A DNA stretch of 64,000 nucleotides, taken from NCBI GenBank assembly GCA_038889075.1, contig JAWAHS010000005.1, forward strand, positions 14,018-78,017, given 5' to 3'. Shown here piece after piece: positions 51,218 through 61,350 of this stretch (positions are counted from its first letter, which is position 1; every line of letters begins with the position of its first letter). The position numbers were made by a program, and so were the translations under genes. The notes under the pieces were generated by a model. The model saw only the letters and a list, made by a program, of their open reading frames with translations, made no database searches and was not told the DNA's origin. Source of the DNA: Ignisphaera sp. (GTDB lineage Archaea; Thermoproteota; Thermoprotei_A; Sulfolobales; Ignisphaeraceae).

Positions 51218-53176
51218 CTATGTAGAATGACCGATTACAGCTACTACTGCTCCTTTCCTAGGCATGCTAAGCTCTACCATGTTGGTATTAATATGGTGTA
51301 TCTCTGAGTCTCCTCCAACTCTTTTAATATCCTTAATAGGCTTTGCTGAATACATCCGAACTCTCTTTTCATATCCATGGTTGACCGCCATGATAATGTC
51401 GCTCTCCTCTCCATAGTATGTGACTATCTCGACCTCAGGATTGTCGCATCTGTAGGGTCTCTCAATATTGGATTCAATAGCTATAGAGTCGTAGAGTCTG
51501 TGATAGCCTTTACTCCAGTCAATAACTTCCTGCCTAGCTAATACCATCTCTATCGGTATTAATGATAGATATGCTGATCCCATCCCCCTTCTAGCTCTAA
51601 ATATAACCGGATTTCCAATTCCATCAACGGCTATAACCTCAGCGTCTACAGGTCGTGCAAGATATGTGTATATAGGCTCTGGAATCTCTACTGCGATTCT
51701 GTCACCTTTTCTAAATACACCGAAGTTTCTTACAAACTCTATTGTTGATACACCAATTAGTTTGTGCCCTATGGAGCCTGCCTCAAGCATATTTTCAACA
51801 CCGAATAGCTCGGTCCAGAGGTGTGTTGGAGATTCATGAAGTGCTCTAATATTTGCGATCCCCCTTATAACTGAGGTATACATGTTTCCACCATTCTCTA
51901 CATAGTTGTACATCTTCCTCCACGTAGATGATAGCGCCACCAATGTTGATGACATTATGAGAAGCTTTCTACTTTTCATAACTCTCTCTACATCTAGTTC
52001 AAATATCATAGATGTCTGAAGACCTGCTGCAGAGGATAGAATATATGCTCCTATAAGTGGCTGTATGAGAAGCTGAAGTCCGGCAATACTTCTATATCTT
52101 ATAAATTCATAGTCTCTAAATATATAAAATGGTACGATGATAGATGCATCTATAGATCTTCTAAACTTTTCATGCAGACCAATATCTTCAATCTCTCTAA
52201 GCTCATTGGAAAACCTCTTCACTATATATGCTGCCGGCTTTAGCGAACCGTCCTTTCTAACTATACCAAATGCTAGCTCTAACGGTCTCCATTCATATGG
52301 AGGATCGCTTTCGTGTGGAAAATCTGAGAAGCACCAGATAAATGCACCAGATGCTCCGTGTGCTAAAGCTGAGTACAGCACCTCGTTTATAAATCTAGCA
52401 TGCGCTTCCTCCGAAAACTGGTGTGTACTGAATCCAAACTCCTCTAGAACTATAGGTATGTCACCATCATTTGAAAACATCTCTAACACAGCGCTATAGG
52501 TATAGCCATGCCTTACTATATCACTATCATAGAGATAGAGATGAGGGCCCACATAATCAACTAGATCTCTAACATTCGGTGTTTCCTGCATATACTCATT
52601 TGGAATATCACCCGAGGATGCTACATGTCCTGGATCAATACTCTTAACAGTTTTGACGAAAGCTCTTAGAAGCGCTAGGGCTTCTTCCCTACTCTCAGCT
52701 CTCTTAACAAGGCTAATCTCATTGCTTAAAATCCATCCACCAATTCCACCATGATCTTTAAACCTTCTAACAATTGATTCGATAAATCTGCACGTCTTTT
52801 CAATACTCGATGGTGTGTAGAGATCGTCAAATCTAGTCCATGGAATTCTCCAGTTCTTGCCACTCATATGACCAACAATAAGGCTTGCAAAACCTGCGAT
52901 ACCATTCTCCTCTAAAAGTTTGAGAAATCTATCAAGCTTCTCGAGAACCGGATTATATACATTGGCATTTTCATCAGCGAAATCCTCATTCTTAATGAAG
53001 AATCTCACAGCTCTGATGCCAAGCTCCTTCATAAGCCTAATGTCTTCAGCAATATCATTTTCATTCCAATCCCTCCACATCCGGATATTTGTCTTTCTCG
53101 GCCAGTAGTTTACACCCAATAGAAATCTAAATCTGTTATTAACTAATACAATATTTCCTCTTTTTTCCGTTTTCAA
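51218..53176 (-). CDS. GH5-family glycoside hydrolase (beta-mannosidase-like) with C-terminal GH42-like domain
   Basis: 'GVNYWP', 'GHMSGKNW', acid/base 'SNE', 'HLY', nucleophile 'LEEFG', 'WCFSD'. Confidence 0.82.
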   Translation of the reverse strand: MKTEKRGNIVLVNNRFRFLLGVNYWPRKTNIRMWRDWNENDIAEDIRLMKELGIRAVRFFIKNEDFADENANVYNPVLEKLDRFLKLLEENGIAGFASLIVGHMSGKNWRIPWTRFDDLYTPSSIEKTCRFIESIVRRFKDHGGIGGWILSNEISLVKRAESREEALALLRAFVKTVKSIDPGHVASSGDIPNEYMQETPNVRDLVDYVGPHLYLYDSDIVRHGYTYSAVLEMFSNDGDIPIVLEEFGFSTHQFSEEAHARFINEVLYSALAHGASGAFIWCFSDFPHESDPPYEWRPLELAFGIVRKDGSLKPAAYIVKRFSNELREIEDIGLHEKFRRSIDASIIVPFYIFRDYEFIRYRSIAGLQLLIQPLIGAYILSSAAGLQTSMIFELDVERVMKSRKLLIMSSTLVALSSTWRKMYNYVENGGNMYTSVIRGIANIRALHESPTHLWTELFGVENMLEAGSIGHKLIGVSTIEFVRNFGVFRKGDRIAVEIPEPIYTYLARPVDAEVIAVDGIGNPVIFRARRGMGSAYLSLIPIEMVLARQEVIDWSKGYHRLYDSIAIESNIERPYRCDNPEVEIVTYYGEESDIIMAVNHGYEKRVRMYSAKPIKDIKRVGGDSEIHHINTNMVELSMPRKGAVVAVIGHST

Positions 53177-53434
53177 GAGCTACCACCTGCCGCTGTAAGG
53201 TAGGGGTATAGAAGTATAAATCTTTATTGCTATCTTCTGTAGAAGTCTGCTATCTAGAGTTTACCTTCATCAAATACATAGCTAGAAAAGAGTAAGAAAA
53301 TGGCAGGGTATTAGATACGCTAAATTTGCTCTATCCATCATCTATTACATTTTAGTGCTAAGAAGATTCGATTAAGTATTTGCTTATAAACAGATAAAGA
53401 TTTTTACTTTAAAACTGCGAAACTATATATCTCT

Positions 53435-54940
53435 TTGGGAACATTCATGGATAGATATGTGATACTCGGATTTGACCTCGGCGCCGGTAGCTGCAGGGCT
53501 ATGATCGGCTTTATCGATGAAAAGGAGAAGAAGGTCGGTGTCGAGGAGCTGTATAGATTTCCCAACTATATGATTAGGATAAGGGAAAGCCTTTATTGGG
53601 ATGTTTTAAGAATCTGGCATGAAATGAAGCAAGCTATAAAGCTTGCATATAGAAGGTATGGAGATAGCCTTGTCTCCATAGGTGTCGATACATGGGGTAT
53701 AGATTTTGCTCTTCTTGATGAACGAGGCGAGCTTCTAGGCAATCCGCACACATATAGGGATCCGAGAACTGAGGGTATGATGGATGAGGTTCTGAGGATT
53801 GTTCCTAAGGAAAGGCTCTATGAAAGGACAGGAATACAGTTCATAAGAATAAATACGCTTTTCCAGATCTATTCTATGGTTAAAGCAAACGATCCCAAGC
53901 TTAAGGTAGCTAAGACCTTTCTCATGATACCCGATTTATTCAACTACTGGCTATCGGGAGTTGCAGTAGCTGAATATACAGAGGCTACAACATCGCAATT
54001 TCTAGATCCAGGTGCTAAGAAGTGGTGTTTTGATATTCTAGAGATGCTCGGTATTCCCACACACATATTTCCAGATGTTATAGAGCCCGGTACAAAGCTT
54101 GGAAAAATTGAACCTAGACTTGCCTCGGAGCTGGGCGTCTCTAAAGAGATAGAGATAGTCGCACCTGCAACACACGATACTGCATCAGCTATTGCAGCGG
54201 GTCCTATGGTTAGTGAAAATGCTGGTTACATAAGCTCTGGCACATGGTCTCTTGTAGGCGTTGAGCTTCCAAAGCCTCTAATAAACAGAAAAGCCATGGA
54301 ATACAACTTCACGAATGAGGGTGGCGCATTCAATACCATAACATTTTTAAGAAATGTACAGGGTATGTGGCTTGTAGAAGAAATTAGAAGAATATTAGCT
54401 GATAGAGGTCAGCAACTCTCATATGATGATATCCTTAGAATAGCTAAAGAAGCCAAATCATCCAAAGCATTTATAGATCCAGATCATGAAGATTTTGTAG
54501 CTCCTGAGGATATGATTAGCGCCATCATGAAGTATCTGGAGAATACTAAACAGGAGAAGCCCTCGAATCTAGGGGAGCTATTTAGAATAGTATTTGAGAG
54601 CCTAGCACTGAAGTACCGACTTATTTTCGAACAAGCTGAGGATCTGCTAGGGAGAAGACTTACCCACATAAACATTTTTGGAGGAGGGTCGAGGAACTGG
54701 TTCCTGAACCAGCTAACAGCCGACTTCACAAATAAAACAGTTTATGCAGGACCTGATGAAGCAACATCCATAGGGAATGTACTTATCCAAGCTGCTGGTC
54801 TTGGAATCATAGGTTCTCTTAGAGAACTTAGAGAGTATGTTAGAAACTCGTATCAGATAAAAGTATTTGAACCACAGTATTCGAAAGTCCATGAGGATGC
54901 TTATATAAGATTTCTAGAGATTGTAGAACACAAGTGGTAG
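53435..54940 (+). CDS. rhaB: rhamnulokinase/fuculokinase-like FGGY kinase
   Basis: 'DLGAGSCR', 'DTWGIDF', 'YRDPRT', 'HDTASA', 'ISSGTWS', 'FTNEGG'. Confidence 0.8.
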   Translation: MGTFMDRYVILGFDLGAGSCRAMIGFIDEKEKKVGVEELYRFPNYMIRIRESLYWDVLRIWHEMKQAIKLAYRRYGDSLVSIGVDTWGIDFALLDERGELLGNPHTYRDPRTEGMMDEVLRIVPKERLYERTGIQFIRINTLFQIYSMVKANDPKLKVAKTFLMIPDLFNYWLSGVAVAEYTEATTSQFLDPGAKKWCFDILEMLGIPTHIFPDVIEPGTKLGKIEPRLASELGVSKEIEIVAPATHDTASAIAAGPMVSENAGYISSGTWSLVGVELPKPLINRKAMEYNFTNEGGAFNTITFLRNVQGMWLVEEIRRILADRGQQLSYDDILRIAKEAKSSKAFIDPDHEDFVAPEDMISAIMKYLENTKQEKPSNLGELFRIVFESLALKYRLIFEQAEDLLGRRLTHINIFGGGSRNWFLNQLTADFTNKTVYAGPDEATSIGNVLIQAAGLGIIGSLRELREYVRNSYQIKVFEPQYSKVHEDAYIRFLEIVEHKW

Positions 54941-54946
54941 TTTTCC

Positions 54947-56428
54947 ATGTCCAGCTCCATACTATTAATTGGCATAGATGTTGGTAGCAGTGGTGTTAGA
55001 GTAGAGGTTTATAGCCCTGATGGACTTCTCATAGCTGTTGGAAGAGAACCTATAGGTAAACAGAATACAGATGAGTGGCTAAGAGCTATAGATGCCGCTA
55101 TACCCTCTATAGTTAGGGAGTGTAAGGATTGTGAAAAGTATGTATCAGTGGATAGCACCTCCGGAACCTACATACCTACAGATATCCACGGCGATCCCTT
55201 AACCAACCCTGTTATGTACTATGAAAAACAGCCAGATACATACAACAGAATCAAGCTTCTTCCATCTATAGACGCCCTTGCTAAAAAAGGTGTAACAGTT
55301 GATGCTGCTTCACCTATTGTAAAGCTCTACCATATGAAACTCTACAACCCTGGGCTCTACAACAGCACTAGATGGATAGTACCAGCAGCTACCTGGATTC
55401 TCTATAGACTATGTATAAGAGAAGGCGAGGTGTGGAGTAATATAGAGACCGACTATACAAATGCTCTAAAATTTGGATTAGACATATCATCGGATACTCC
55501 AAAATGGTTTACCGAAGTCTTCCAGGAACTTGGTCTAGATGTAGATAAGATGCCTAGGCCAACACCGTGTGGTAGGTATATATGTGAAGCTGCAAGCAGA
55601 TATGCTGAAAGAATGGGTCTTTTAAAAGCTAAGGTATTCCACGGCATGACAGATGGAAATGCCTCCGCACTAGCTGGAGGTGCTCTTAAGGTAGGCGATA
55701 TCAATATCTATAGCGGTACTACAACTGTTCCAAAGATAGTTACAGATAAATTTATTGTACATCAAGCTATATACTACCATATACATCCCATAAAAGGGTA
55801 TTTAGCGGGTGCTGCTACCGGCTTTACAGGTGCGTTTCTAACATGGTTTGCAGAAAAGATATTTGGAATATCTATAGATGAAGCGTTCAGATATATGGAA
55901 AATGTGGTACCTGGGACGGAGTTTCTATTTCTTCCTCCAGGTGACAGAAGTCCATTCTACAATCCTTTAATGAATGCAGCACTACTGAACCTAAAGATTG
56001 TTGATGAGCCTAGGGTAACACTTATTGGAAGGTTTCTGAGAAGTGTAGTACTAGGAATTACACTTATGGAAAATAGCTATATAGAGCTATTTAAAGATCT
56101 ATTTGGCGTAGAGGCTAACCGCATAAGGGTAACAGGTGGTGGAACTAGAGCAAGACTATGGAACTTAATGAGAGCTTCCATATATGGTAAGAGAGTTGAA
56201 GTATATGGCGATCTAGTTGCTTTAGGAACACTGATTCCTGTAATGATCGAGTCGAAGCTCTACCCAAATATAGAGAGGATTGAAGAGAGATTTCTAAAGC
56301 CTATAGATGTTATAGAGCCAGATGATCATCTGGTAAACACGTACAAGAATCTTAGAAATATATTTACAGATGTATGGAGAGATCTTCAGAAACTCTACCA
56401 ATACCTTTCAGTAAAAACCCCTATGTAA
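54947..56428 (+). CDS. FGGY-family carbohydrate kinase
   Basis: 'GIDVGSSGVR', 'DSTSGT', 'TDYTNALK', 'GMTDG', 'TGGG'. Confidence 0.85.
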   Translation: MSSSILLIGIDVGSSGVRVEVYSPDGLLIAVGREPIGKQNTDEWLRAIDAAIPSIVRECKDCEKYVSVDSTSGTYIPTDIHGDPLTNPVMYYEKQPDTYNRIKLLPSIDALAKKGVTVDAASPIVKLYHMKLYNPGLYNSTRWIVPAATWILYRLCIREGEVWSNIETDYTNALKFGLDISSDTPKWFTEVFQELGLDVDKMPRPTPCGRYICEAASRYAERMGLLKAKVFHGMTDGNASALAGGALKVGDINIYSGTTTVPKIVTDKFIVHQAIYYHIHPIKGYLAGAATGFTGAFLTWFAEKIFGISIDEAFRYMENVVPGTEFLFLPPGDRSPFYNPLMNAALLNLKIVDEPRVTLIGRFLRSVVLGITLMENSYIELFKDLFGVEANRIRVTGGGTRARLWNLMRASIYGKRVEVYGDLVALGTLIPVMIESKLYPNIERIEERFLKPIDVIEPDDHLVNTYKNLRNIFTDVWRDLQKLYQYLSVKTPM

Positions 56429-56431
56429 TAG

Positions 56432-57718
56432 GTGATTACCATCCAAGTAATTAGATTCCCTTATGGGAAAAGCTATATAGAGGTAGAACTATCTGACAGT
56501 GGAGTGTATACAGTATACTCAAGGCTTGTTAAAGGAGTGCCATATACGGAAGCCGTTAAGCTTATTGATGACTCCCTAGACAGACCTATAGCATCTAAAA
56601 TGATTGAAGACATCGTAGATAGTAATTCAAAGATCACAATACTAATAACTGATAGGACTAGAGCTACACCAAATAGAATTCTATTAGAAAGAATATTGTT
56701 AAGGTTTAAGAAAGTTGGAATTCCAAGGGATAACATTAGAATCATTGTTGCAACAGGATTGCACAAACCTCACACATATAATGAAATTATCGAACTTGTG
56801 GGTAAGGATATAGCTAGCGAATACAGTATTGAAAGCCACGATTCAGACGATATAAAAAAACTTGTATATCTCGGTAAGACATCATATGGTACAGAGATCT
56901 ATGTAAATAGGGTTGCTGTCGAATCCGATGTAGTTATTGGTATAGGTCTTCTAGAACCCCATTTCTTTGCTGGTTATAGTGGTGGTAGAAAATTAATTGT
57001 TCCAGGTATTTCAGGCACGCCTACTGTTTATCAAAATCATGGATATAGAATGCTCAGTAGCCCTAAAGCCGACTATGGCTTTCTAGAGGGAAATCCTGTT
57101 CATGAAGATATGGTTGAGGGATCGAAACTTGTTAAGAGCTACAGGTATATACTTCATGTCATTTTAGATAGGGATAAGAATATCGTGGAGGTATTTGCAG
57201 GCGATGTATACGAAGCCCATAGAGCTGGTGTTGAAGCTTTGAATAGATATGTAAAGGTGGATGTGCCATATGAAGGTGATGTTGTTATTGCATCAAATGG
57301 TGGATATCCGCTTGATAGAGATTTATACCAAGCCGTGAAGGGTATGGTAACGGCATCTAGGGTTGCTAAATGGGGTGGTGTAATAATAATGCTATCCGAG
57401 TGTATAGATGGTGTAGGACATGAACACTTTAGAGAATTAGCATCTATTGATAGAGATCCGCTGAAGATTCTCAGATACATCGAGCTGAATGAGCCATTGA
57501 GAGATCAGTGGCAGGTTCAAAAATTAGCACAAGTTCTTTTAAAGAATAGAGTTATAGTTGTAACAAGGAATGTTAAGCATAGTATTCTAGAAGAGATGAA
57601 TCTAACTCCAGCATCGGACATCCGTGAAGCTATTGAAATAGCATGTAGAGAAACCTCGTGTGATAGAATTATAGCGGTGCCCGAAGGACCATATGTAATT
57701 CCATCGTTAAAAAGATAA
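56432..57718 (+). CDS. larA: LarA-superfamily nickel-pincer-dependent racemase/epimerase
   Basis: 'DRTR', 'ATGLH', 'PHFFAGYSGGRK', 'NH', 'LYQAVKG'. Confidence 0.85.
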   Translation: MITIQVIRFPYGKSYIEVELSDSGVYTVYSRLVKGVPYTEAVKLIDDSLDRPIASKMIEDIVDSNSKITILITDRTRATPNRILLERILLRFKKVGIPRDNIRIIVATGLHKPHTYNEIIELVGKDIASEYSIESHDSDDIKKLVYLGKTSYGTEIYVNRVAVESDVVIGIGLLEPHFFAGYSGGRKLIVPGISGTPTVYQNHGYRMLSSPKADYGFLEGNPVHEDMVEGSKLVKSYRYILHVILDRDKNIVEVFAGDVYEAHRAGVEALNRYVKVDVPYEGDVVIASNGGYPLDRDLYQAVKGMVTASRVAKWGGVIIMLSECIDGVGHEHFRELASIDRDPLKILRYIELNEPLRDQWQVQKLAQVLLKNRVIVVTRNVKHSILEEMNLTPASDIREAIEIACRETSCDRIIAVPEGPYVIPSLKR

Positions 57719-57791
57719 TACGTGACGAGTATAGCAATACTGTTGGTAATAACAATCACTTCATTGTACCGTGAACAGCGATCTAACTAAT

Positions 57792-59327
57792 TTATATATA
57801 GAGATTATCTATCTCTCTAAATATTTCATCTAATACAAGGTAGCTCTTCTTGAATAGGTCTAGCAATTTTCTGTAGATATTAGCTTCTACAGGTATTGGA
57901 GAGTGTATCTGTAGCGGATTGTTGATGTTTTTCGACTCCCTTAAACTACTATATATTTTAATAGCGTATGCTGCTGTTATACTTGCCCCTAGGGCAGCTA
58001 CTTCTTCCCTATATTTCAATACCGCTATTCTCCTATTATATACGCTAGATAGTATTCTAGGCCATAATCTACTTTTCGCACCTCCGCCAACAAGAGCTAT
58101 AGGCTCTTTAATAGCTATATTGTTCTCTATAAAGCTTAGCATAATTAATCCTAGGTTTAGAGCTACACCTTCTAGAATAACTCTAGCTAAATCGCTACGT
58201 GTATGACTAAGGGTGAGACCTATTAAAACTCCACGAGCATAGGGTGACCACCATGGAGCTCGCTCACCCATGAGATATGGTAGGAAGAACAGTCCTTTTG
58301 CGCCTGGTAGCGATTTTTCAGCTTCACGATCAATTAGTTCATACACCGATATGTCTGAGAGCTCGGCAGCCATTTTCTCTACAAGAAATATGTTATCTCG
58401 AAACCATCTTAGAGCTGCACCAGCTGTTTGCATTGTTCCAGTAGGTGTATATAGAGTTGGCTCTACATAGACCATATTGAAGAACCTCATAGACTTATCT
58501 AATACAGGTTCGCTAGTTATTGTTGAAAGCCATGCAGATGCACCGAGATAGATATAGCTGTCATGTAACTCAGTTGCAGATGCACCAACTGCTGTACATA
58601 TTCCATCACCGCATCCCATAACCACAGGTACTCTATTGGAAAATCCGATGCTGTGTGCAATATCGCTACTAACCTCACCTACAACTTCTGTTGAGGATTT
58701 TATTGTAGGAAGCTTACCTGTATCTATACCAATTTCATTTAGTATTTCAGTTGCCCAGTTCTTTTTAGTAATATTAAGCATCCCTGTAAGTGAAGCATCC
58801 GAGTAGTCAGTTTGGAATGTACCTGTAAGTCTGGCTACTATATAGTCCTTAGGCTGGAGAAATAGATGCGTTCTGCTATAGAGTGTAGGTCTATTCCTCT
58901 TTAGCCATAGAATCTTTGCCACTGGATATGTTGGGCTTAATCTATTACCTGTTACACTATAGAAGTCAAACTCGCTAATTATACCTCTAATGTAATCCAC
59001 TTCCTCAGTACTTCTCTGGTCCATCCATATGATTGCATTATCTAGAGCATCTCCATCTCTACTAACTGGCAGACACGCCATCATCTGCCCACTGAAGCTT
59101 ATAGCCTCAATATTATCTGGGTTTACCTTTTTCAGCAATCTCTTTGTGGATTCTATGAAGGCGTTCCACCAGTCGTCGGGTTTTTGTTCAGCCCAGAGTG
59201 GCCGGGGGTGATATGTTGGGTATTCGACTATAGTGGAATCAACTATTACTCTGTTCTCTACATCGAATAGTGCTGCCTTGTCACCCGTTGTACCAATATC
59301 GTGTACAAGAATATATCTGCCACACAC
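57792..59327 (-). CDS. xylulokinase-like FGGY kinase
   Basis: 'HDIGTTGDK', 'SGQM', 'WMDQR', 'TDYSDAS', 'PYLMGERAP'. Confidence 0.9.
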   Translation of the reverse strand: MCGRYILVHDIGTTGDKAALFDVENRVIVDSTIVEYPTYHPRPLWAEQKPDDWWNAFIESTKRLLKKVNPDNIEAISFSGQMMACLPVSRDGDALDNAIIWMDQRSTEEVDYIRGIISEFDFYSVTGNRLSPTYPVAKILWLKRNRPTLYSRTHLFLQPKDYIVARLTGTFQTDYSDASLTGMLNITKKNWATEILNEIGIDTGKLPTIKSSTEVVGEVSSDIAHSIGFSNRVPVVMGCGDGICTAVGASATELHDSYIYLGASAWLSTITSEPVLDKSMRFFNMVYVEPTLYTPTGTMQTAGAALRWFRDNIFLVEKMAAELSDISVYELIDREAEKSLPGAKGLFFLPYLMGERAPWWSPYARGVLIGLTLSHTRSDLARVILEGVALNLGLIMLSFIENNIAIKEPIALVGGGAKSRLWPRILSSVYNRRIAVLKYREEVAALGASITAAYAIKIYSSLRESKNINNPLQIHSPIPVEANIYRKLLDLFKKSYLVLDEIFREIDNLYI

Positions 59328-59329
59328 AG

Positions 59330-59998
59330 CTACTCAACCACAATATCTTTCCAAATTTCATTCATCTGACTGATTATTCTATTCGATACCGCAGAGTCTA
59401 CAATACTTTTAAGAAGGGAGTACTTAACTGTAGCACAGTCGGCACCTGCTATAAACGCATTGACAAGCTGCATAGGGGTTCTAATGCTGGCTGCCAGTAC
59501 TAGTGTCCTAACCCTATGTACTCTATACATCTCTACAATCATCTTAATAACATCTATACCGCTATAGCCAGATTCTTCAACTCTTGCTATAAATGGCGCT
59601 ACATAATCAGCACCAAGTAAAGCTGCTACAATTGCTTGTCCAACATTTGTTATCGCTGTAACTGTTACTCTTACCCCCATCTCCTTCAGCATCTTTATAG
59701 CCTTAACACCCTCACTATGCATTGGTATCTTAATTACAATTTTCTTAGGATCAATATTATAGATTGTAAGAGCATTCTTTACATACTCATCACAGTTTCT
59801 CCCAGGAACCTGCACATGGAATTCATTACCTACATACGGGGTAAGCTCCTCAACAAGTTTCTTTAAGGATGTCTTTACATCATTGCTAAATATAAATGGA
59901 TTTGATGTAACACCATATACAAAACCACTTCCTATGGCTTCAATAATTTCACTCTTTACAATACTATCTACATAGAGTCTCACAGACCACACCAACAT
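59330..59998 (-). CDS. transaldolase / fructose-6-phosphate aldolase family protein
   Basis: 'LYVDS', 'GVTSNP', Schiff-base Lys in 'VIKIP', 'LAASIR'. Confidence 0.9.
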   Translation of the reverse strand: MLVWSVRLYVDSIVKSEIIEAIGSGFVYGVTSNPFIFSNDVKTSLKKLVEELTPYVGNEFHVQVPGRNCDEYVKNALTIYNIDPKKIVIKIPMHSEGVKAIKMLKEMGVRVTVTAITNVGQAIVAALLGADYVAPFIARVEESGYSGIDVIKMIVEMYRVHRVRTLVLAASIRTPMQLVNAFIAGADCATVKYSLLKSIVDSAVSNRIISQMNEIWKDIVVE

Positions 59999-60095
59999 AG
60001 TGTAGCTAGGTGCTACTATATTTAAAATATTTTATAGGGAGAAAGTAGTGAGCTATAGATTTTTAATTAAAAATAAAGGTATTTTAATAAATTAT

Positions 60096-61259
60096 TTAGC
60101 TGAGACATGCATAGCCGTAGTATCCTGGTGCATGGAATTGTGGATTAGCCGGTGTAAGCTGTTTTGCTATTGCTACAAGTTCTGTTGGTGGTATCCTAAA
60201 GTAGTCAACAGCAAGTGAGTGCGTAGCATTGCATGAGAAGACTTTGTATGTCGGTGTATTAACTACAGCTTTTTCGGGTAGCTTTACTACACCTGTAACC
60301 ATATAGTATCCAGCCCATACAGCCCAGTACCCCATTGTGTATGGATGTTGTTGAATGGATAGGGCTACTTGACCTTTTGCTATCATATCAACCCACTCGG
60401 GTACTTGTGCATCAAAGCCAAGGACATATATGTCCTTACCGGGTACAATGTTATTATCTTGTAGTGCCCTTACTACTGCCATAGCTTGAAGGAGGTTTGT
60501 AGCAAAGTAGGCTGTTACTGTCTTGCCATATTTTGGCACAATTGCACTTGCCTTAGCGTAGCACTCAGGCAGTAGATCAGGATCTACCTGTACTTCTTCA
60601 AGAACTTTTGCATCACCACGATCTATATAGGGTTTTAGAGCCTCCATAAATCCCTCGTATCTGAGGTATGATGTGGGGATGCCTGGCAACCCTCTGAATA
60701 TTATTATATTCCACGGCTTTGGAACACCTTTACTCTCTAGCCATTTTAGAAATGCCTCAGCTTCTATACGTGCTGCCCACTTATTATCGGTACCAAGGTA
60801 AAGGTCTCTTGCAGTCTGATCTGGAAAGTCCCTATCAACCAGGATTACCTTAGCTCCTGCCTGCCTAAGCTGTTTTGTAACATCCTGTACTGCATCTGAA
60901 ACTGGTCCTACTACAGCTATATCAGGTCTTAATGAAATTGCTTGCTGAAGCTGAGAGATCTGAACATCTAGAGCTGTTGCATCGAATCTCCTATAGTCAA
61001 CGTCTACCCCAAGAATTTTCAACTCATTTACAGCATCTTCAACACCCTTAGCGAGTATGTCCCACCATGGATTGGCTGGTGCAGGGTCAAAGAAGAATAC
61101 TGTCAGCTTCTTTCCACCAGGCACACCTATACCAACAGTAACGGTGACTGTTGGTGCTGATACCAATCTTATAGCAAAGTATCCCGATAGAGCGGCTAAC
61201 ACAATTATTATAACCACTAGCACAACTAACATTGTTCTCATTTTAGATGGTGTAGCCAT
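60096..61259 (-). CDS. sugar ABC substrate-binding protein (RbsB-like), N-terminally membrane anchored
   Basis: N-terminal TM; 'NPWW', 'LVDR', 'GTDN', 'GFD', 'QHPYTMGY'. Confidence 0.85.
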   Translation of the reverse strand: MATPSKMRTMLVVLVVIIIVLAALSGYFAIRLVSAPTVTVTVGIGVPGGKKLTVFFFDPAPANPWWDILAKGVEDAVNELKILGVDVDYRRFDATALDVQISQLQQAISLRPDIAVVGPVSDAVQDVTKQLRQAGAKVILVDRDFPDQTARDLYLGTDNKWAARIEAEAFLKWLESKGVPKPWNIIIFRGLPGIPTSYLRYEGFMEALKPYIDRGDAKVLEEVQVDPDLLPECYAKASAIVPKYGKTVTAYFATNLLQAMAVVRALQDNNIVPGKDIYVLGFDAQVPEWVDMIAKGQVALSIQQHPYTMGYWAVWAGYYMVTGVVKLPEKAVVNTPTYKVFSCNATHSLAVDYFRIPPTELVAIAKQLTPANPQFHAPGYYGYACLS

Positions 61260-61350
61260 ATACTCACCCATTTATAGGTAAGGATAGGGTTTACTATATA
61301 AATTTTTATGCTTAGCCCAGATATATTCCTAATGATGAGGGGGCTTTTAA

